A stretch of DNA of 59,178 nucleotides, filler included. It is 4 parts of 4 records of this genome, joined end to end, with 100 filler letters (N's around TTAATTAATTAA, not from the genome) between each part and the next. Parts side by side here need not be neighbours in the genome. Positions count along the whole stretch, not along the records: positions 11,842 to 39,859 come from SRR20825006_2691; 3 more parts are not named here. The stretch is one strand, 5' to 3'. How positions within the stretch are numbered: position 1 is the stretch's first letter; each line of letters starts with the position of its first letter. The notes beneath the pieces were generated by a model. The model was given only the letters and a program-made list of their open reading frames with translations. It was not told where the DNA came from and did no database searches. The position numbers and the translations under genes are program-made. Shown here piece by piece: positions 29,045 to 36,321 of the stretch.

Positions 29045-29563
29045 TTAACCGAACAACTCTTGAACTTCAGCCTTAAGATAGTCTAAAGCAAGCGAAGAAG
29101 GATTCTGTGACTCGTCAAAATTTGTTAAAATATACTCCCGAATATCTTGAGCATTCTGGAGCTGCGTATCTGCAAGTGTTTTTCTCAGTTGTTGGATCAA
29201 GGTATTTTTAGCCGATTTAATTGCGGCCCAACATTCGTTAGAAACATAAACCTGCTGCGTTAGATTATGTTCAAATTCTTGCTCAATTGTCGCTGCAAGC
29301 AAATCTACATACGCCTTTTTATCCTCGCCGGCGGGTTTTACTCTGATGAGTAATTGCAAAGGTGAGATACGCTCTAAAAATAAGGTGAGCCGCTCATAAG
29401 CTTGTAGTCTTATGGGTAAAGCTTCGGTTTGTGCCTCCTTATGCAAAATAAAGCGCCTTCTGTTTTCTTCGTTTTTTAAAAATCCATCAAAAAAGTAATA
29501 GGCGAGTAAGCCTACAACCACCGCCGGAAGCACCGGTATCAAAATGTCTAAAATATCATTCAT
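29045..29563 (-). CDS. conserved hypothetical protein with N-terminal TM anchor
   Basis: N-terminal TM, 'LPIRLQAYERLTLFLERI…EFEHNLTQQVYVS' typical of a Bacteroidota family. Confidence 0.75.
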   Translation of the reverse strand: MNDILDILIPVLPAVVVGLLAYYFFDGFLKNEENRRRFILHKEAQTEALPIRLQAYERLTLFLERISPLQLLIRVKPAGEDKKAYVDLLAATIEQEFEHNLTQQVYVSNECWAAIKSAKNTLIQQLRKTLADTQLQNAQDIREYILTNFDESQNPSSLALDYLKAEVQELFG

Positions 29564-29565
29564 AA

Positions 29566-31182
29566 TTAATAGCGTACGTCTTCAAATTGTTTTTGACCAC
29601 TTTTTTCAGATTTCACGGTTTCTCTATCGTAATGCCCGCCTAAATACTGGCAGTTTAATAAAGAAGACATACCTTCAAAAGGGACTTCAACTTTATGATA
29701 GGTAAAACAAGCTGCCAGCGTCTGACTTAAGTTTTTATCGCCTAAAGTTAAGTCAACATCTTCAGTTGTCAACTGGCACGGGTGTTCATAACCGCAAGCG
29801 TGCGTGATCTCGAGCAATTCTTTTCTAAAGTTTTTAAAGTAGAAATTTGTCCGTACCGCTTTATCTTCGATATTGATTCCTGATTGTAACCACTTATTTT
29901 GTGTAGCAACGCCACTAGGGCAAGTATTGTTGTGACATGCTTTTGCCTGAATACAACCAATAGAAAGCATAGCTTCACGAGCTACATTGATCACATCAGC
30001 ACCCATCGCAAAAGCCATTGCGCCTTTTGCCGGAAGTCCTAATTTTCCACTTCCTATAAAAACAATACGATCTGTAAGATGGTGTTTTTTAAAGATCTTA
30101 TACAGATCACTAAACGCATACACCCACGGAAGCGAAACGTGATCAGCAAAACTTGGTGGAGCCGCACCGGTACCGCCTTCGCCACCGTCAACCTGAATAA
30201 AATCTGGACCTTTATTGGTTTTTACCATCAGCTGAGCCAGCTTTTCCCAATCTTGAAGTTTTCCTATCGCAGCTTTAATTCCAACAGGAAGACCGGTCGC
30301 TTCGGCAATTTGTTCTACAAATTCGATCAAGCCTTCAACACCATCAAAAGCCGTGTGAGTCGCAGGTGAGATCACATCTTTGCCCATAGGCACGTGGCGT
30401 ATTTCAGAAATTTCCTGTGTGATCTTAGAGGCCGGAAGTACGCCTCCTTTTCCCGGTTTTGCGCCTTGCGAAAGTTTTACTTCAATAGCTTTGATCTCAG
30501 GGTTAGCTTCAACAAGAGCAACCATTTTTTCCATGGAAAAATTTCCGTGCTCATCACGAACGCCAAAGTATCCTGTTCCTATTTGATAAACGATATCAGC
30601 ACCTTTTTTGTGATATGGAGAAAGACCTCCCTCACCGCAGTTATGGTACGCGTGAGCCAGTTTACACCCGCGATTAAGCGACTCGATCGCTCTGGCGGAA
30701 AGTGAACCAAAACTCATTGCAGAAACATTGATCGCCGAAGCTGGGCGATAAGGCTTGCGCCGCTTGTTATAGGCTCCCATCACTTTTGCACAAGGCAAAA
30801 AATACGGGTTCTTGGCATTGGGATGTTCCGGCGGGACTTTAAAGCCCATCATCGCATTGTTGATGAAAATATAGTTGGCTTCATAAATGTTTTGGTCGGT
30901 ACCAAAACCTTCATAGTTGTTTTGGTTTTTTGCCGAAGCATAGATCCAGCCGCGTTCGATACGGTTGAACGGAAGTTCCTCGCGGTTGTTGGCCACGATA
31001 TACTGCCGCAATTCTGGACCTATACTTTCTAGCATATAGCGTATGTGGCCCACGATAGGGAAGTTGTGCGTTATAATGTGTTTTTTATTGAAAAAAACAT
31101 CGCGAATGCCTACGATCACTAAGACGATGAGTATCCAAGCCCACCACGGAATCTGCGCTAAAAAAGTAAAAAAATCGTTCAT
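29566..31182 (-). CDS. FMN-binding glutamate synthase family protein (stand-alone, YerD-like), membrane anchored
   Basis: 'SAMSFGSLS', 'GEGG', 'EVKLSQGAKPGKGG', 'DGGEGGTGAAP' and [3Fe-4S] 'CIQAKACHNNTCP'. ATG 31182 preferred (track TTG 31194); TAAGTTTG promoter at 31206-31213. Confidence 0.9.
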   Translation of the reverse strand: MNDFFTFLAQIPWWAWILIVLVIVGIRDVFFNKKHIITHNFPIVGHIRYMLESIGPELRQYIVANNREELPFNRIERGWIYASAKNQNNYEGFGTDQNIYEANYIFINNAMMGFKVPPEHPNAKNPYFLPCAKVMGAYNKRRKPYRPASAINVSAMSFGSLSARAIESLNRGCKLAHAYHNCGEGGLSPYHKKGADIVYQIGTGYFGVRDEHGNFSMEKMVALVEANPEIKAIEVKLSQGAKPGKGGVLPASKITQEISEIRHVPMGKDVISPATHTAFDGVEGLIEFVEQIAEATGLPVGIKAAIGKLQDWEKLAQLMVKTNKGPDFIQVDGGEGGTGAAPPSFADHVSLPWVYAFSDLYKIFKKHHLTDRIVFIGSGKLGLPAKGAMAFAMGADVINVAREAMLSIGCIQAKACHNNTCPSGVATQNKWLQSGINIEDKAVRTNFYFKNFRKELLEITHACGYEHPCQLTTEDVDLTLGDKNLSQTLAACFTYHKVEVPFEGMSSLLNCQYLGGHYDRETVKSEKSGQKQFEDVRY

Positions 31183-31276
31183 ATCGGGTATCAAAATTCA
31201 GGGTTCAAACTTACTATTTCGGCGAGTATCTAAACCCCGAAAAGTGTAGAATTTAAGAATTTTTAACCCAAAAGCA

Positions 31277-32737
31277 TTACTCGCCTACGTGTTTCAAATA
31301 GAAGGTATAATCTTCGTGCGCAACGTTGCGGCCCAGTTCTAGACCGGCGATATTATCGGCTTGTATATGATAGCCACCCATTACTCTGGAAATTCCAGCC
31401 ATTTCTCCAGCTTTAGTAAAAGTTGGGAATTTAAGTGTGATCGTATCGCCTAGATGTTTAGGTTCGGTAAGCGCTCCGGCAACAAGTGTGGCTTCGGCAC
31501 CAAAAGTATCACTTCCGGTCCATAGTTTTAAAGCTTCAGCACAACCACCACTTATAGTACTGTGACCAGAAGTATAACTGGGAAAGGGCGGACACAAAAA
31601 GTTATCCGGAGAGTAAGGGCGCCACTGACTACCATCCATCTCTATCATTCCAATATCTTTTCCGCCCCAGGCGGTGATTGTTTTTCCGCTGTAATATTCG
31701 TGCACTAAAGCATAGGGACGGGCAAAATCATAGAACATTTTAGAGTCCCAAGAGGCGATAAATGCATCCATTGCTACCATCTGATTATAAAAGTACATTT
31801 TGATATCTTGGTCAAGGGAATGTTGATCCCGGCGTGATACAAACTGGGCAAAATTGAGCCAGTGTCCGGCTTGCTGCACAGATTTTGGTCCATCACGCAT
31901 AAATTCAACGAGTGCTTTGTCTGCATCGCTTAAATTGGCCTGAAGCATGACAACCTCATCTACTTGAGTTTTTAATTCCTCAGAACCGATAAGCGGAGGA
32001 GGTCCGGGTCTGAACTGATCACCAGATTTTAGACCAATGGGTTTTACTTGATCCCAATACGGAGTTAAGCATCCGGGTGCATATTTTTTACCGTTATTAT
32101 CGGTAAAATATTTAGGTTGCCAGCGGTTGGGATCTACCATAATCGTATCTGAATTTACCGGCTTATAGCCAGTGTAATCAAAATAGGTAATTCCGTCTGA
32201 GCCGGTTTCTTCACCGTATTGATTGGCGCCATCGCTGGTACGGGCTTCAATCACTGCTTTTGCTGCTAGATTTCCAATACCTACGGGAGTTGATGCATCT
32301 GTACTTTCATCTTTGGGATCTAGGCCTAGCGTGTTCATAAATTCAGCGAACATCGGTTGGTCTTTAGGATAGTATTCGCACATTGCGCGATAGGCAGCAT
32401 AACTGATAGCGATCTCTTTGCTGCGAAGATTGTGTTCTTTCGCAGGCGTGCGATCAACATTTTTAAGGTAAACTGGTGTAGCCGCCGCATCATATCTCGA
32501 CCACGCGTCAAAGGTTGCTGTAAAAATTAATCCTAAAAACCGGGAGGTCACCGTGGGTCTGGGATTAAACCATTCAGTGTCGTGAGCGGTAGCTTCAAGC
32601 GCAAGAAAACCCCATTGGTAAGCGATATTCTCGCTACCTACAGGGTTTTGTAGTTGAGTTAATGATAAGGGTTCAGCTTGTTTACATCCTAAGATATTTA
32701 AAAACAAAACGCAGAGCAGTAAGGGGACTCTTTTCAT
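31277..32737 (-). CDS. vanadium-dependent haloperoxidase (PAP2 superfamily), lipoprotein
   Basis: Lipobox 'ILGC'. All three vanadate-binding motifs present: 'WDSKMFYDFARP' (K-x6-RP), 'PPFPSYTSGHS' and 'SRVMGGYH'. Length 486 aa, typical of bacterial VHPOs rather than small PAP2 phosphatases. Confidence 0.85.
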   Translation of the reverse strand: MKRVPLLLCVLFLNILGCKQAEPLSLTQLQNPVGSENIAYQWGFLALEATAHDTEWFNPRPTVTSRFLGLIFTATFDAWSRYDAAATPVYLKNVDRTPAKEHNLRSKEIAISYAAYRAMCEYYPKDQPMFAEFMNTLGLDPKDESTDASTPVGIGNLAAKAVIEARTSDGANQYGEETGSDGITYFDYTGYKPVNSDTIMVDPNRWQPKYFTDNNGKKYAPGCLTPYWDQVKPIGLKSGDQFRPGPPPLIGSEELKTQVDEVVMLQANLSDADKALVEFMRDGPKSVQQAGHWLNFAQFVSRRDQHSLDQDIKMYFYNQMVAMDAFIASWDSKMFYDFARPYALVHEYYSGKTITAWGGKDIGMIEMDGSQWRPYSPDNFLCPPFPSYTSGHSTISGGCAEALKLWTGSDTFGAEATLVAGALTEPKHLGDTITLKFPTFTKAGEMAGISRVMGGYHIQADNIAGLELGRNVAHEDYTFYLKHVGE

Positions 32738-32757
32738 AAAAGGTATGCGTGTTACTA

Positions 32758-34041
32758 TTAAGAAGCACTCAGATAATCAACTACCAGCTGTGACATGGTT
32801 TTAACACCTAATAGCATTCCGTCATCGTCGATCTGGAAATCTGGTGTATGATGTGGATAAGCTTCGGTATTGCCGGGAGTCATTCCCCCTAAGAAAAAGA
32901 AGAATCCCGGTACTTCTTCTTGAAAATAACTGAAGTCTTCCCCACCGGTAGTGGCTTTAACCAGTTTTACATTTTCGGTTCCTGCCACTCCTTGAAGGGT
33001 AGGTAGCATTTGCTCAGTAAGTTCAAGGTCGTTATAGGTAATAGCGGTATTGCTTTGGAATTCAATAGTTGCGCTTCCGCCGTAGGCTTTTGCTAATCCT
33101 TCGCTCATTTCGGTCATACGTCTAATGATCAACTCGCGCATATCAGGATCAAGCGTGCGTACCGTACCTATAAGTTCTGCACTTTCAGGAATGATATTAA
33201 AACGCACTCCCGCGGTGATCTTTCCAACGGTGATCACGGCGGGTTCTACAAGCAAATTAGATTCTCTACTGATGATCGACTGAAAACCATCAACGATCTT
33301 TGAGGCAATGTAAATAGGATCAACACCACCCCAAGGTTGCGAGCCGTGCGTTTGTTTTCCTTTGATATTAACCACAAAACGCTCAACAGCAGCCATCGTT
33401 CCGCCGGGTTTGTAGGCGATGGTTCCTACCGGAGTCGCGCTGTTAATGTGTAACCCAAAAATGGCATCCACATCCGGACTTTTTAAAACACCTTCTTTGA
33501 TCATTAGCGCAGCACCGCCTTCTTCTCCCGGAGGCGCTCCTTCTTCAGCTGGCTGAAAAATAAACTTTACGGTCCCGTGAATTTTGTCTTTATTTTGAGC
33601 TAAAACTTCAGCAGTACCCATAAGGATCGCAACGTGAGTGTCGTGACCACAGGCGTGCATCACACCGGTTTCAGCACCCATAAAAGTCGTAGTAACTTCA
33701 CTTTTAAAGGGCAAATCGTTACGTTCGGTAACCGGAAGTGCGTCCATATCTGCACGAAGGGCGACCACTTTTCCCGGATGGTCACCTTTCAAAATACCTA
33801 CAACTCCGGTTTTAGCCACTTCAGTTTGAACCTCAATACCTAAAGATTCTAGATGTTTAGCAACCTTAGCGGCAGTTTCAAATTCACGGTTGCTCAATTC
33901 AGGATGTTCGTGAATATCGTGACGCCAGTTGATCACTTTAGGCTCAATCGCTTCAGCTGCTGCGATCAAGTCGGGATTTGAAGATTGAGCAAAAGCACTC
34001 AACCCTAAAGCGAAGAAAAACAGTGTGTTTAGTTGTTTCAT
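32758..34041 (-). CDS. M20D family amidohydrolase (N-acyl-amino acid/IAA-conjugate hydrolase-like), exported
   Basis: Signal peptide (…SAFAQ), 'HPELSNRE', 'LRADMDALP', 'MHACGHD', 'QPAEEG', 'GEDFS' and 'HHTPDF'. Confidence 0.92.
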   Translation of the reverse strand: MKQLNTLFFFALGLSAFAQSSNPDLIAAAEAIEPKVINWRHDIHEHPELSNREFETAAKVAKHLESLGIEVQTEVAKTGVVGILKGDHPGKVVALRADMDALPVTERNDLPFKSEVTTTFMGAETGVMHACGHDTHVAILMGTAEVLAQNKDKIHGTVKFIFQPAEEGAPPGEEGGAALMIKEGVLKSPDVDAIFGLHINSATPVGTIAYKPGGTMAAVERFVVNIKGKQTHGSQPWGGVDPIYIASKIVDGFQSIISRESNLLVEPAVITVGKITAGVRFNIIPESAELIGTVRTLDPDMRELIIRRMTEMSEGLAKAYGGSATIEFQSNTAITYNDLELTEQMLPTLQGVAGTENVKLVKATTGGEDFSYFQEEVPGFFFFLGGMTPGNTEAYPHHTPDFQIDDDGMLLGVKTMSQLVVDYLSAS

Positions 34042-34051
34042 AAGATAGAAT

Positions 34052-34594
34052 TTAGAAGGAAATTAATGCGTAATCCATATTTTGATACTGTATCAATGCG
34101 GTCATGGCCGAAAGTGCTAGCTGTGTTTTTCCCCAGCGCTTTTCAACTGAAATATCGCGCGCACCGGCGGTTTGACCACATAATATAACAGGGATCTTTA
34201 GTTTGTGTAATGTATTGAGTAATTCAAGATTGGGATTGTCAACGCCAAATTGTTCTTTGTAGAATTTATTTTTTAGCAGACCAAAAGCAGCGCTTCCGTG
34301 GACTACAAGTACCGGCTGAAGTTTTGATTTTTCTATCCCGGCGTGGGCGTGCATATTTAAAAAGCGTCCTACTGTGTTGAAATATGGGTTAATCTTTGTG
34401 GGATCTTCCGGCGCATTTGCAATATCAAAAACAACCTTATAGTCGGCCTCTGTATCAACAGCCAAGTCGGGTTGCGGAACAGCAAAAGTCTCGCCATATC
34501 CGTGAATGAGTGGTCCTTCAATCTTTTTCTGAGCTTCAGCGTAAAGAGAAATCAGTAGGAAGAACAGCCCAAAAACAAAACGTTTTAGTTTCAT
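34052..34594 (-). CDS. DsrE/DsrF-family protein, exported
   Basis: Signal peptide (…YAEAQ), 'YKVVFD', 'VVHGSA', 'NPNLELL', single conserved Cys 'VILCGQT' and 'SAMTAL…Y'. Confidence 0.8.
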   Translation of the reverse strand: MKLKRFVFGLFFLLISLYAEAQKKIEGPLIHGYGETFAVPQPDLAVDTEADYKVVFDIANAPEDPTKINPYFNTVGRFLNMHAHAGIEKSKLQPVLVVHGSAAFGLLKNKFYKEQFGVDNPNLELLNTLHKLKIPVILCGQTAGARDISVEKRWGKTQLALSAMTALIQYQNMDYALISF

Positions 34595-34740
34595 AAAAAA
34601 ATCTTAACAAAGAATAAATATATTGAAAAGCTCGGGAAGCTAAAACGAATAGGCTACGAATTGTGGTTATGTGAATTTTCTGGTGAAATGATACTATATT
34701 GATAATTTACAGCGCGCATCTTTTCACTTTGAATGGATTT

Positions 34741-34787
34741 AAAATAAAAAGGACGTGTTCTCGATCTAACGAAAATCACGTCCTTTT
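34741..34787 (-). terminator. rho-independent terminator of the vWA gene
   Basis: AAAAGGACGTG…CACGTCCTTTT stem with a U-run on the minus strand. Confidence 0.6.
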
Positions 34788-34856
34788 CCTCTCCAACATC
34801 TATTTTTATGGGCGTCACCAGAGGTGTTATCTTCCTCAGGTTCGCTACCCGGTAAT

Positions 34857-36044
34857 TTACTCGGTGTATTTAGTGATTAAACGCACCATCAAATCTTTTA
34901 AATATTCTACTTCATATTCCCCAACAGTAGGTTCTAGATGGTCGTTACCCACGCCGCTGTCGTTTGTAATAAATACATAAGTCCCGTTAGTCGTAATGCT
35001 AAAATTTCGCATCAGGAATTCAGTTTCTTTATTGATGCCACTGGCAACAATAGGAATGATTTTTATTCCTTTTTTCGCAGCTTTTTGAATGGAAGTATGC
35101 AAATCGTCTTTGATCTGAGATTCGTTATGCGGTGGCGCATCGAGCAGTAGAAATGCGATTCTACTTTTGGCTGAGGTAGACCATTGCAGCTGATCAACTC
35201 CCGCTTTTAAAGCGGTATGTACAGCTTCTGGAAAATCGCCACCACCTTCGGCTTCTTGGTCGCTTATAAAACTAAGTGTGCTTTCGAGATTTGAGGTAAA
35301 TGCCGACTCTTTAACCACATAAGCATCACCGGTATCCCGATAAAAAACCGTGCCTGTCGAAATTTGTAAGTTACCATCGTTGCTTTTTACATTTTGAATA
35401 ACCTGTTTTAGATCATCTTTTAAAAAGTCCATCTCATCACCCATAGAGCCTGTTGCATCCACAATAAAAGCCAGGTCAACTTTAGATTGCACCGGCACAC
35501 TTGCGTTCAGTTTAATGGTATTTACACCCTGAGCAAAAGCGTGTACCGAAGCAGTTATAGGAGTATTGTTTATGTAAAAGCTGTACGTCGAAGCATCAGC
35601 TGTTTTCTGCGTGTTATTTTTAAGATCGATCCATAATTCTGCGGTTCCCTGGTTATCAGTTCGCGCCTCCCAAACGATATTGTTGCCTTGTTTTACACTA
35701 ATAGGAATATCAACAGCAGGAAGGTTGCTTGCATCTGTAACCTTAAAAGAAAATCTGTTTGCTGTGTTAAATTGCCAATCAGAAGTAAAAGTATCGGCTT
35801 CTTCTTGGTTGAGTAGATTTTGCCAGAAACTCCAATTGGCGAGGTCATTCCACTCTCCGGCGGTTACGATACCAGAGTTGTCTTGAGAACCATCACCCAC
35901 TCCAGAGGATTCGCCGCCAGGCTCAGATGAGGCTAGTCCATCTTCGGTAAAACTGTCTTCAGATTCAGAAAGTGCTCCATCTTCGGTACAGGATATAAAA
36001 AGTAAGGAGCAGAAGATGAAAAGAAAAAGGTAATTAGTTTTCAT
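34857..36044 (-). CDS. vWA-domain lipoprotein
   Basis: Lipobox 'FISC', acidic linker, 'TAGEWNDL', MIDAS-like 'DATGSM', 'GGGDFPEA' and 'LDAPPH'. Confidence 0.85.
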   Translation of the reverse strand: MKTNYLFLFIFCSLLFISCTEDGALSESEDSFTEDGLASSEPGGESSGVGDGSQDNSGIVTAGEWNDLANWSFWQNLLNQEEADTFTSDWQFNTANRFSFKVTDASNLPAVDIPISVKQGNNIVWEARTDNQGTAELWIDLKNNTQKTADASTYSFYINNTPITASVHAFAQGVNTIKLNASVPVQSKVDLAFIVDATGSMGDEMDFLKDDLKQVIQNVKSNDGNLQISTGTVFYRDTGDAYVVKESAFTSNLESTLSFISDQEAEGGGDFPEAVHTALKAGVDQLQWSTSAKSRIAFLLLDAPPHNESQIKDDLHTSIQKAAKKGIKIIPIVASGINKETEFLMRNFSITTNGTYVFITNDSGVGNDHLEPTVGEYEVEYLKDLMVRLITKYTE

Positions 36045-36075
36045 GCTGTCGTTTTTTGATTGATTGTTACTTCAT

Positions 36076-36102
36076 AGATGCTTTATTTTAAAAAGGTTGC
36101 GT
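36076..36102 (-). promoter_or_regulatory. putative ECF-sigma promoter (GCAACC-N13-GCATCT)
   Basis: Minus strand ACGCAACCTTTTTAAAATAAAGCATCT, 31 bp before the vWA start; same motif as 26960-26987. Confidence 0.55.
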
Positions 36103-36321
36103 TGATTCAAGAAGTTTTTTTCAATGAACTAAAATTCTTTTCAAACCTCTTTAGAGAACAAATATTGCTGAAAAATTCTTGATAACTAACACAGTTGGAA
36201 TTCTGCTAAAAAAATAAGTTTCCTTAATTTTCGCCCTTTGGCAGATATTGAGATTCTTGCACGCTCGTTTGGAGGTGCACGCTCTCTTTTAAGTCCCATT
36301 ATTTTAAAAAATTGAATTGTT

